A program made the translations under genes and the position numbers. A stretch of DNA of 61,467 bases from a virus (Duplodnaviria > Caudoviricetes): positions 1 through 61,467 of IMG/VR virus record IMGVR_UViG_3300010148_005374; one strand, given 5' to 3'. Below the pieces are notes generated by a model, which was given only the letters and a program-made list of their open reading frames with translations, was not told where the DNA came from and did not search any database. Shown here piece by piece: positions 30,871 to 39,222 of the stretch; within the stretch, counting starts at the first letter, position 1; each line of letters opens with the position of its first letter.

Positions 30871-31789
30871 TAGTGTGGTTAAATAAACTATTGATATAAC
30901 CTGCTCCTGTTTCATAAGTAAAATCAAGCTTCGTTGATACAGTGTTTTTTTGGTGAATACCCAAATCAAAAAACAACTTTATTAGTTGTGAATACTGACT
31001 AACTGCTGTAGCGGCAAAATCAGGTGATGGTGATACCGGCGAACCCGGTGCGACGGCTATGTGAGTATGAAGAGTTAGCGCAGACATCATCTGAAGGTAC
31101 ATAGAGCTTAAAGTAGTAACCGCACCGTTTAAGTCAGCGATAAGATCAATTATCTCTCTTAGTGCTTCTTGTAAATTTTTACCCTTAACGAGAGGTTGCA
31201 TATCCTCATCATTATTGCCGGCGATAAGGTCTATGCCCTCTTGGATGTCAATTCGCACACCTTGACCATCATAAACATCGGTACCAGTCACAAGCTTGAT
31301 ACCATCCCTAGCAACAAGCCTAACAGCATCGGCCTTAACTGCAACTGCTGATTTGTTTGTTGATTTGCCAACTCGTCCGTCAGGCAAACCAAAATTATAA
31401 TCTACGTCAGTTCTTTGGCTAATATAAATTCTAGCTGAATCTAATTCTGGGCTTTTGTCTGTGTAAACGCTCTCGTTTTGTTCATTTACTTGTACACCAG
31501 TTGCACCGCCAAGACCCACAACTAGATCAATAGTTCCACATTGAGTTACGCCGATACCGCCATATCCAGACTCTATGTCCCTTGGCCTATCCCTGCCCAT
31601 CACAATGTAAGAATTATGTTTTCCTTTGTAGACAGTTTCAGCGTTGGTTGAATTATAGTTTGGAATAGCCTCAACAACCGAAGTATTAGATAAGCCGCTA
31701 TTATCCCTTTGAGCGTCAGGAAGGTCTTTTAGTTTTTGTAATTCAGATTCTGGCACACCAACTGTGCTTTGTGCTTTTTTTAATACCAT
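30866..31789 (-). CDS. Baseplate central spike-like protein (gp5 C-terminal / gpV-like)
   Basis: 307 aa with beta-repeat-like segments (ARIYISQRTD, AVAVKADAVRLVARDGIKLVT), QPLVKGKNL and a C-terminal LHTH...GSPVSP HxH motif typical of spike tips. Confidence 0.65.
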   Translation of the reverse strand: MVLKKAQSTVGVPESELQKLKDLPDAQRDNSGLSNTSVVEAIPNYNSTNAETVYKGKHNSYIVMGRDRPRDIESGYGGIGVTQCGTIDLVVGLGGATGVQVNEQNESVYTDKSPELDSARIYISQRTDVDYNFGLPDGRVGKSTNKSAVAVKADAVRLVARDGIKLVTGTDVYDGQGVRIDIQEGIDLIAGNNDEDMQPLVKGKNLQEALREIIDLIADLNGAVTTLSSMYLQMMSALTLHTHIAVAPGSPVSPSPDFAATAVSQYSQLIKLFFDLGIHQKNTVSTKLDFTYETGAGYINSLFNHTN

Positions 31790-31792
31790 AAT

Positions 31793-33349
31793 TTAAAATT
31801 TTGGGAATACAAATGATCGTCCAAGTTTTGGATCCACAACAACTTGCCCTATCTTCTCCTTATCTCTCATTTGCTGGATTGATGCTCTGAATACCTCGAA
31901 GTGTGGCCCATCAAAGAAAGTTGTAAAATTACCACCCCAAACAAACCCAAATTGCTTTCCAATAGCTCCTATTTCATACCATCTACTTTTTGGGTAAGCA
32001 TCATCAAAACCAGATTTACCAATCCCAGGGGTCGAAAATCTTTTACCCTTGTTTCGTTTATCTCTACCAAAAGCTACTTCAACACAATCAAAAGCTATAC
32101 CATATTGATGCGGGCTGCTTTTTGGTTTACCTCTTGCTTTTGTAACTGTTTTATTTGGCGGTCTGACTGTCCTGCCGTGTGAGTACAACTCGTTTTGTCT
32201 TTTCACAGTTCTATGAGTTTCTAAAACTCTTAGGTAATACCCTCTTTCTGCTGCATAATTTATAAAGTCAGCTACGATGATTCTTGCATCAGGATGCATT
32301 TTTTTAATTCTTCTATCAGTTCCTCTGTCCCAAGTAAAAGGCACACCATCCTTGTCTATCCCGGCTGCACCGCCAAGCGCTTCGGTATTAAAAAATCTGC
32401 CTCGTTGTTCAGCCTTACGAGCACGATAAGCAGATACAGTTTGAACCTGACCATCACATGGATCATTCTTTTTGGGCCCACCATTAGGTGTATCTTGATT
32501 TGACCCAGGAGAAGCCCGGAAAGGACCAGGACCAGACGACCTAGAGTTGGCAAAATTTTCTTGCGGAGTTGGCGTTGATGACCCCGCTGGTACATTCGAA
32601 CTTTGTTTTTGTTCGGGAAGTCTTGAATTGCTGATCGCATCTGTAGAGTCTTCAGTGGGAGAATTAAGCTTTCTGGGGTTTCTATCGCTAACAGTAGCGG
32701 CGGCGTTTGCGCCAACAAGTGTGGCTCCACCAGGGGGTGTTGTTTTAACTGGTGATTTTTTTCCTGGCTGAGAGCATTTATCTGGATTAGCACCAAACAG
32801 ATTTGACAATGCGCCAAGAATTCCTGAGCTATTTCTGTTTTGAACTCCGGCCACTGCTGTCGCTGATATAAGCTTCTTTATTCTTCCATTGCCAAATAGT
32901 TTTGTTTTGTTTGATTTGTTGTAGAATTCAACCTCAACAATATCCCCTATTTTTGGTTTACCGCCGATCTCATCTATATCACCCTCAAATTCGACCAGTA
33001 GATTTATTTTAGCTTGATCTTCTGCACTATCTGGTATTACTATGGTGCTATGAGCCGTGTCTGGTTCGTCTATTCTGGCACGGACTCTGATCGAGTTTGC
33101 GCCGAGTAGAAAATCAAAAAATCCTGCGTTTTCATCAACTCTATAGACAGTTGCAAAATGAGATGATTTTGTATCATTTTCAACTGCACTAACAGAAAGT
33201 TTATCAAACATAACCTCCTGCATAACATCAAAAAAATTCTCCCTATTAGGAGAATAAGGTCGGAGAAGCTTAGGCTGTTGCGGCCTTGATATAAGCTTAG
33301 ATGCAGTATTTGGTCTACTTGGTTTATCAGGATTAGAACTATCTGACAT
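31793..33349 (-). CDS. Virion-associated peptidoglycan hydrolase: OB-fold-like N-terminus, disordered linker, M15 (L-Ala-D-Glu peptidase-like) domain
   Basis: C-terminal ETHRTVKRQNELYSHGRT...SSPHQYGIAFD...WGGNF..FFDGPHFE matches the M15 SxHxxGxAxD and DxPHFE motifs. N-terminal VRARI...PKIGDIVEVEF resembles the gp5 OB fold. Confidence 0.8.
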   Translation of the reverse strand: MSDSSNPDKPSRPNTASKLISRPQQPKLLRPYSPNRENFFDVMQEVMFDKLSVSAVENDTKSSHFATVYRVDENAGFFDFLLGANSIRVRARIDEPDTAHSTIVIPDSAEDQAKINLLVEFEGDIDEIGGKPKIGDIVEVEFYNKSNKTKLFGNGRIKKLISATAVAGVQNRNSSGILGALSNLFGANPDKCSQPGKKSPVKTTPPGGATLVGANAAATVSDRNPRKLNSPTEDSTDAISNSRLPEQKQSSNVPAGSSTPTPQENFANSRSSGPGPFRASPGSNQDTPNGGPKKNDPCDGQVQTVSAYRARKAEQRGRFFNTEALGGAAGIDKDGVPFTWDRGTDRRIKKMHPDARIIVADFINYAAERGYYLRVLETHRTVKRQNELYSHGRTVRPPNKTVTKARGKPKSSPHQYGIAFDCVEVAFGRDKRNKGKRFSTPGIGKSGFDDAYPKSRWYEIGAIGKQFGFVWGGNFTTFFDGPHFEVFRASIQQMRDKEKIGQVVVDPKLGRSFVFPKF

Positions 33350-33351
33350 CT

Positions 33352-33648
33352 TTATTCCTCCTTAATCATTTTGAATATATTTTCACGATCTAAATCTGTA
33401 AGTCCTTCCTGCGCTGAAGCGGCTTCTCTTTTTTGTACAAGAGTTGCCAGCTTAACCAGTTGTTCGTTACTTCTTTGTAACGTTTCAACAAATTTGGCTG
33501 CGACTGGACCAGAATCGGAGTACCTGTCTTGATTACCAGGAACACCCATATATTCCTGCAATTCCATTAAGAGAGTTTCAGTAACTTGCCTGTCATTCTT
33601 AACGTTATCTAAAGCTTGTTCTATTAAGGAATCTAAGTCTTTCTTCAT
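33352..33648 (-). CDS. Hypothetical helical protein
   Basis: 98 aa with a strong SD (GGAGGT). First gene after a candidate late promoter. Confidence 0.7.
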   Translation of the reverse strand: MKKDLDSLIEQALDNVKNDRQVTETLLMELQEYMGVPGNQDRYSDSGPVAAKFVETLQRSNEQLVKLATLVQKREAASAQEGLTDLDRENIFKMIKEE

Positions 33649-33655
33649 TAATAAT

Positions 33656-33677
33656 ACCTCCGCTTATTGTAAATAGG
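33656..33677 (-). promoter_or_regulatory. Candidate late promoter (CCTATTTAC) plus SD GGAGGT at the head of the structural module
   Basis: Minus strand reads gcgCCTATTTACaataagcGGAGGTattattaATG, directly downstream of the sigma-like gene. Confidence 0.5.
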
Positions 33678-33683
33678 CGCTTA

Positions 33684-34370
33684 CTATATTTCTCCATTGT
33701 CCCATTTTTTCTTGAAGGTGCCATATTTTTCTCTCATCTTGTTTAGAGAGCTTACAATTTGCTTGGTATTAAGACCAGTTATTTCTCTGAGATATAAGTA
33801 AATTGCTTTTTTGTTGAATATTTCTATCTGATCAATGCTTTCCATCAGCGTTAAAACAGCATTTAGGACACACTTTTCGTTATCCCTGAGGTTCGGACGA
33901 TCCCAGCTTTTTATCTCTGTTAAAAGATGAAGCCAAAACTCAGCGTCCTCCTGTTTATCCTCAAAGCTTTTTTTCTCACTAGCACTAACAACCTCTATCT
34001 CTTTGACAAGATCATCATAGTTTATTTCTCTTTTGTTTCTTTGAGTTTGTTTTTTTGCTTTATGAGTAAACCAATTCTTTGTAACAACTGAAAAATACGA
34101 AAAGGCCTTTGTTCCCTTATTGGCATCAAACTTACCTAAAATGGTAGTTAGCCAAATTTTACAATCATCCTTTAGAACATCAATGTTTTCTAGGGACGTA
34201 AATTTATATGTGTATACAATCTTGTCAACTAGTTCATCAAAGGCTGGCTGTATTTTACTTCGATAAAGATCTTCCCTAATCTGCTTGCAATCAGTCTCTG
34301 TGTAATCAATGATTGCCCGTTCAGTCTCTGATGTAAAATAGTAATTAGCTTTCTTCTTCTTCGGCATCAT
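33684..34370 (-). CDS. Phage RNA polymerase sigma factor (T4 gp55-like late sigma candidate)
   Basis: 228 aa. YFTSETERAI...LVDKIV...KFDANKGTKAFSYFSVVTKN matches sigma region 2.3-2.4 (FDxxKG..F.Y). C-terminal HTH-like LREITGLNTKQI. Confidence 0.7.
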   Translation of the reverse strand: MMPKKKKANYYFTSETERAIIDYTETDCKQIREDLYRSKIQPAFDELVDKIVYTYKFTSLENIDVLKDDCKIWLTTILGKFDANKGTKAFSYFSVVTKNWFTHKAKKQTQRNKREINYDDLVKEIEVVSASEKKSFEDKQEDAEFWLHLLTEIKSWDRPNLRDNEKCVLNAVLTLMESIDQIEIFNKKAIYLYLREITGLNTKQIVSSLNKMREKYGTFKKKWDNGEI

Positions 34371-34653
34371 ATTCCTCCTCTACTATGTCAGTTAGAAAGA
34401 ATACTTCTTCAATTTCCTGTAAATCAAGAACCAAAGCTTGTGTGTGTGCCAAAAGACCTTTCATGGTATCATCGCCATAAAAGGTAGGCAACTCATAAAC
34501 ACTTTGTAAGTGTTGTCTGTACCTCTCCACTTTTTCTTTTATAATAAAACTGTTGTCAGATAAAAATCTGAACCTCTTCAATAATTCTCTAATGTACCAA
34601 GCTAAGAATACAGATATTGTCACAAATATGAAGCATAAAAACCAAGAAAGCAT
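34345..34653 (-). CDS. Hypothetical membrane-anchored protein
   Basis: 102 aa with an N-terminal hydrophobic helix (WFLCFIFVTISVFLAWYI) and an acidic tail. Confidence 0.65.
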   Translation of the reverse strand: MLSWFLCFIFVTISVFLAWYIRELLKRFRFLSDNSFIIKEKVERYRQHLQSVYELPTFYGDDTMKGLLAHTQALVLDLQEIEEVFFLTDIVEEEYDAEEEES

Positions 34654-34908
34654 CTACTCTGATCGACTCCGTAGTTTTTCTTTGTCTTTTTTTATTTCTT
34701 CTTTTGTTTGCTCAATAGTATCTTTAATCACTTCGCCCGGTGTTGTTGTTTTCTTTTTTAACGTTTTTGTAATGTTTATAGGTGTATTGAGCATTTTTTG
34801 TAAAGACTCCTGTCCACAACTTTCGCAGGTAGTCCTTTTGACTCTAAAGGAGTGAAAATATTCAAATACTTCTTCGCAAGCATTACATTTGTAAACGTAA
34901 GTTGGCAT
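34654..34908 (-). CDS. FmdB-family zinc-ribbon protein
   Basis: MPTYVYKCNACEEVFE...CESCG matches the FmdB-type MPxYxYxCxxC...CxxCG motif. Confidence 0.85.
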   Translation of the reverse strand: MPTYVYKCNACEEVFEYFHSFRVKRTTCESCGQESLQKMLNTPINITKTLKKKTTTPGEVIKDTIEQTKEEIKKDKEKLRSRSE

Positions 34909-35097
34909 TTACTCTGTTTCAAACTTATTCATTTTATCATCGGACATGTAAACACCAGGGGGGTTATCGACCCAGACTTCTTCATCCCTAATTGAAAGAT
35001 TCCAGTCTGATAACAACTCTGTAATATCCTCTTCTTCTGCTAGACATTTCTGTAGTGTCATCAGTAAAGCACCAATGGCTTGTTTAGATAGTTTCAT
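34909..35097 (-). CDS. Small hypothetical protein
   Basis: 62 aa with SD AAGGAG. Fills the gap between neighbours exactly. Confidence 0.65.
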   Translation of the reverse strand: MKLSKQAIGALLMTLQKCLAEEEDITELLSDWNLSIRDEEVWVDNPPGVYMSDDKMNKFETE

Positions 35098-35401
35098 TTT
35101 GCTTCTCCTTAAAATATTCTAAAGTGTTTATGGCCTTGTCACATATGAAAAGATCATATGGTGGTTTCCACATTTTAATTTCATGACACTTAACACCCCA
35201 TTCTTTAAGTTGTTTATGGGTAAGTTCTGTCCAATCAATTCCTGTGGTACCACCTCTGGCAGTCCAATAAATTATCTGATTACCCTCGTCATAAAGGTCA
35301 TTAATTTTTTGTATTCTTTCCCTAATCGGAATGGCGTCTGGATAATGTCGCCCTCCTTCATAAGTGCAAATTGTATCATCTATATCAACGTAAATTAACA
35401 T
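35084..35401 (-). CDS. Capless HAD-superfamily phosphatase (capsule-locus type)
   Basis: MLIYVDIDDTI (DxDxT), YWTARG, KP..DLFICDKA. Start placed at ATG 35401. Confidence 0.8.
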   Translation of the reverse strand: MLIYVDIDDTICTYEGGRHYPDAIPIRERIQKINDLYDEGNQIIYWTARGGTTGIDWTELTHKQLKEWGVKCHEIKMWKPPYDLFICDKAINTLEYFKEKQNETI

Positions 35402-35783
35402 TTTGTAAAATCTTTGTTGTAGAATAATCACCAATACGATCAAAAAACTTTAGTTCTTTTGCGTATTGCGATCCGACTACATACTTTCCTTCCCAATCTG
35501 ATCCCACAACAAGAATATCAGGCTTTATAGATTTTATTAAGCTTTCTAAATCATTTTTTGAAGAAAACGATACTGTGTCATCAACATACCTGATGGAACT
35601 TACTAAGAACTCTCTGTCTTCTAGGGTATTAAATGGCCGAGCATCGCCTTTGTCAGACTTAACTTTATCATCTGTATCAAGTCCAACAATAAGTTTGTCT
35701 CCCAGAGATCTTGCATACTTAAACATTTCTATGTGTCCACGATGCAAAACATCAAAACATCCATTTGTCCATACAATTTTCAT
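35385..35783 (-). CDS. Heptose-1-phosphate adenylyltransferase-like cytidylyltransferase (HldE/RfaE domain II)
   Basis: VWTNGCFDVLHRGH (HxGH), LIVGLDTD, KG..RPFN, LVVGSDW, YSTT. Start at 35783 by ATGA overlap. Confidence 0.85.
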   Translation of the reverse strand: MKIVWTNGCFDVLHRGHIEMFKYARSLGDKLIVGLDTDDKVKSDKGDARPFNTLEDREFLVSSIRYVDDTVSFSSKNDLESLIKSIKPDILVVGSDWEGKYVVGSQYAKELKFFDRIGDYSTTKILQNVNLR

Positions 35784-36523
35784 ACTATACTTACACCTCG
35801 CTTTTGAACAACTTTTGTAGCACACTGGTTTGCAAAGTGTATTGCATCGTTTATATCGTAGTTTGTCAAATACTCAGCCACAAGTCCTGCTATAAATGTA
35901 TCCCCGGCACCTGAGGAATCTTTTATCTCCACTTTTTCTACTGGGTATATTTTTCCTCGATGTTCACACCCGTTAGACCCAAGCGTTATTATAAGCTGAT
36001 CATATAGGCTTTTCTTCAACAAGTGTTTAGTTCTAGCGTGTTCGTAATAATTTATCTTAATAAACGCCATATTATCACACCAGTCACCTAACAATTTTTT
36101 TGTGTCTAAAAAAACCTTATCGTGCATTTGAGATATTTTTGCCATTATGTCTTCAGATAGGTAGCCCTTACAATAGTCAGAAATGATAACGGCATCATAG
36201 TTTCCTATGTTTTGCTCAATTAAAGATATATCAAGTTCATTTATAACTTCATCATTTTCATCAATTCTCAAAAGCATTTGATTGGTTTTATTGTCAATGT
36301 ACCTACTCTTTTTAATCAACTGCCAGTTATTGTTTGTTATAATGTCACATTCAATACCAAGTGACTTTATGTTGTGCAAAACATTCATGGCCATACCGTC
36401 TGAAACTACTGTTGCTGTTCCATTAAAAACTGGTACCGGTGCATCAGGACACATACGGTCACAATTACCATAATTAAAAACGTCCTTGCAGCTTTCGCCT
36501 ATGACCAAAACCTTAGCAGCCAT
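35780..36523 (-). CDS. PfkB-family heptose-7-phosphate kinase-like protein (HldE/RfaE domain I)
   Basis: VLVIGE..KDVF.YG..DRMCPDAPVPV, ISDYCKG, DSSGAGDTF, VVQKRG. Confidence 0.85.
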   Translation of the reverse strand: MAAKVLVIGESCKDVFNYGNCDRMCPDAPVPVFNGTATVVSDGMAMNVLHNIKSLGIECDIITNNNWQLIKKSRYIDNKTNQMLLRIDENDEVINELDISLIEQNIGNYDAVIISDYCKGYLSEDIMAKISQMHDKVFLDTKKLLGDWCDNMAFIKINYYEHARTKHLLKKSLYDQLIITLGSNGCEHRGKIYPVEKVEIKDSSGAGDTFIAGLVAEYLTNYDINDAIHFANQCATKVVQKRGVSIV

Positions 36524-37533
36524 TACCTAGAAAGAAACTCCCTGTCACCTTGTACTTTCTCTCTCCAATAGTTCAATAAGTCAGTCATTGTTTTCTCAAA
36601 TGGTATTGTTGGTTCCCATCCGGTGTGGTTTGTAAACTTAGCCGTGTCAGGCACCTGTAAATCTGCATCAATCGGACGAAGCCTCTCTGGGTCTGTCTCA
36701 ATCTTAATGTCTTTAACTGTTGACTGACTAACCAAATAGTTTAACATCTCTTCAACAGTACAACTGTAAGTGCCGCCAATATTGTAATATTCCCCGGCTG
36801 TCGGATTGTGAGTAACAAGTAGGTAATATGCCCTAACTGCATCCCGAACATCTGACCATGTTCTTAGTGATTGTAAGTTACCAACCTTTATTACAGGTGG
36901 CAATTTACCAGCTTCAATCATAGCAATTTGTTTTGCAAAAGTTGACTCTGCAAATACATCGCCCCTTCTTGGTCCTGTGTGTGTAAACATTCTGGTTGTC
37001 ATCACCATCATTCCGTAGGCCTCTGCATAATATCTACCGATTAAATCCGTCCCTACTTTTGATATAGCATAAGGAGAAGCTGGATGAAACGTCACTTCCT
37101 CATTAATCGGCAAGTATTCTTTTGGCACTCTTCCAAAAACTTCAGAGGACGCACAAACATGAATTACTGGTCGTAATCCCGAGTCTCTGATTGACTCTAA
37201 TAATTTTGCTGTTCCTAAAATGTTAGTCTCAAGAGTTTCAAGCGGTGCCACAAAACTTGTTTGTGGATAACTTTGTGCAGCCAGATGAAAAACATAATCA
37301 GGATTACTTTTTTTAATAGCTTTAGTTATGGACGGATAATCATTCAGATCACCATAAACTAAATGAACTCTATCTTTAGAATTAATTTTTGGAAACAAGT
37401 GTTGTATGTTCTCAAAATTATCGTTCCACCTACAGAACCCATAGATTTCCCAGTCCGTATTATCTAGAAGAAAGTCGGCCAAATGAGAGCCGACCATCCC
37501 TGTAATACCAGTAATGAAAACACTTTTAGACAT
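36523..37533 (-). CDS. gmd: GDP-mannose 4,6-dehydratase
   Basis: ITGITGMVGSHLA, HLAAQS, ASSEVFG, FHPASPYAISK, FTHTGPRRG, VGNL..LRTWSDVRD. Confidence 0.85.
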   Translation of the reverse strand: MSKSVFITGITGMVGSHLADFLLDNTDWEIYGFCRWNDNFENIQHLFPKINSKDRVHLVYGDLNDYPSITKAIKKSNPDYVFHLAAQSYPQTSFVAPLETLETNILGTAKLLESIRDSGLRPVIHVCASSEVFGRVPKEYLPINEEVTFHPASPYAISKVGTDLIGRYYAEAYGMMVMTTRMFTHTGPRRGDVFAESTFAKQIAMIEAGKLPPVIKVGNLQSLRTWSDVRDAVRAYYLLVTHNPTAGEYYNIGGTYSCTVEEMLNYLVSQSTVKDIKIETDPERLRPIDADLQVPDTAKFTNHTGWEPTIPFEKTMTDLLNYWREKVQGDREFLSR

Positions 37534-38488
37534 CTATATTTTCCCTATACCATTTCAAAGTTTTTTCTATGCCCTTATCAAGAGTTACCTCGGGGCACCA
37601 ACCCAACTTAGTAAAAGCTTTTTTCCAATTCAAGTATAAACTAGTTTTTATGGTTGGTTTAGTTAAATCCGATTCAATCTTCAAATCCTTACCAGAAGCG
37701 TTGATAATTTTTTGAACAAGTTCACGAACTGGGACAGCCTGTCCCAAGCCAACATTAAATAATTCATAATCTTCGGTCTGATTTTTTATCGATAATTCAA
37801 CAAACCTACACAAGTCGTCAACGTGAAGAAGGTCTCTTTTTTCTTCCCCTGTTCCCCACATAACAACTTTGTCTTTTGCGGTCATTACTTTAGTAACAGT
37901 AGCACCAAAAACATGACTTCTCTCTAGATCATACTTGTCGTGAGGACCGTATATATTTGAGTGCCTAATCACTGTGTGTTTTGTTCTTCCAAGTCTCGAA
38001 TAGAAATCACACATCTTCTCAATATAAACTTTTGTATTACCCACACCAAAATACTTCGGGTATATTTCATCCTCCCCAGAGAAATCATCTTCAGACAATG
38101 CTTCTTCACTTGGCTGGTACATTACCGTACAACTCGGGAAAACAAAGTGATCAACATTATTTTCGTAAGCAGATCGTAATAACAAAGAGTTCATGACTGC
38201 GTTATCTGTGACGTGAATAAACGGCTTAGTCGTAATATCTTTAGCACCAGAAGTTGTAGCCGCAAACTGGAGGACGATATTGATCCCTTCCATCACCCTA
38301 TCCACATCTTCTTTATTGTTTAAGTCTGCATAGATCCATTCAACATTAGGATGTTCACTTGGTTCAACATCAGGATGCTTGTTATGATAAATGGCCCGGA
38401 TGTTATATTCATCTCCAAAGGAGAAGTGCTCTAATAAATTCTTTCCAATAAATCCAGTAGCACCACACAGTAGAATTTTCTTTTTCAT
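37526..38488 (-). CDS. Extended SDR, GDP-fucose synthase-like epimerase/reductase
   Basis: GATGFIG, NIYGPHDKYD..RSHV, VMWGTGEEKRDLLHVDDL. The YxxxK position reads VGNTK. Confidence 0.75.
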   Translation of the reverse strand: MKKKILLCGATGFIGKNLLEHFSFGDEYNIRAIYHNKHPDVEPSEHPNVEWIYADLNNKEDVDRVMEGINIVLQFAATTSGAKDITTKPFIHVTDNAVMNSLLLRSAYENNVDHFVFPSCTVMYQPSEEALSEDDFSGEDEIYPKYFGVGNTKVYIEKMCDFYSRLGRTKHTVIRHSNIYGPHDKYDLERSHVFGATVTKVMTAKDKVVMWGTGEEKRDLLHVDDLCRFVELSIKNQTEDYELFNVGLGQAVPVRELVQKIINASGKDLKIESDLTKPTIKTSLYLNWKKAFTKLGWCPEVTLDKGIEKTLKWYRENIDV

Positions 38489-39222
38489 TTTTCTTTTTCC
38501 TTAATAAATCTTTCTATGTTACCTAAAGATGTGTGCCAGGCAGGAGGAAACTTTGCTTGAAGTGTCCCATTAGGTATAATTGGTGTTTCATAAGTGTATT
38601 GACCAAAAGTCACTTGCTTATCAAAATTTTCTGCAACATCCTGAAGTTTGATATTTTCTGATGAAACAAAATCAATGATCCCAGAATAGTTGTTTTTGGC
38701 TGACAACTGAATCATTGACAATATATCACTCTGTAAAACATAATTGAACGTGGAATCTTTAGATAGAGACAATTGAGGATCATTATCCTCTAATATTTTT
38801 ATCAAACTACTCTTTCTCATCATTGGTCCAATGATAGCACTGGACCTGAGTATTAAGGGGTTAGTCGCTATTTTATTGACTATGGATTCAGCCATCAATT
38901 TTGTTGTCTTATAAAGATCATCCTCTTTTTGATATACATCGATCGAAGATAGAAACACAAATTTGCTATGTGGCAACAAAGCTAAACTTTTTGTCAAAAA
39001 TATATTGTCTTGTAAAACTTTATAGTAATCGTTAGTGTTCCTTGTTGCGTTAAAGGCACAATGGATAATTAAATCAAATGAGTTATTCTTTTGCAAAACT
39101 TCTTTTGCGTTATCCCTTGTCATACCAACACAATCAATTTGTGATGCAATATATTTTCCTAGGCCGCTACCAGCGCCAGTAACTAAAGTATTACTTTCTA
39201 AAGGCATTATGCCTGTCATCAA
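38485..39222 (-). CDS. NAD-dependent sugar epimerase/reductase (short extended SDR)
   Basis: LVTGAGSGLG, IIHCA, FLSSIDVY, YKTTK. Confidence 0.75.
   Translation of the reverse strand: MMTGIMPLESNTLVTGAGSGLGKYIASQIDCVGMTRDNAKEVLQKNNSFDLIIHCAFNATRNTNDYYKVLQDNIFLTKSLALLPHSKFVFLSSIDVYQKEDDLYKTTKLMAESIVNKIATNPLILRSSAIIGPMMRKSSLIKILEDNDPQLSLSKDSTFNYVLQSDILSMIQLSAKNNYSGIIDFVSSENIKLQDVAENFDKQVTFGQYTYETPIIPNGTLQAKFPPAWHTSLGNIERFIKEKEK

Noticed and set aside
22047-33349. Cellular contractile injection system (eCIS/T6SS/tailocin) or a giant eukaryotic virus
   Set aside because: The T4 gp6-type wedge, gp55-like sigma, solo Cas4-like nuclease, SD sites and absence of housekeeping genes fit a large tailed phage better. 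Capsid and terminase genes are not in the window, so this is not formally proven.
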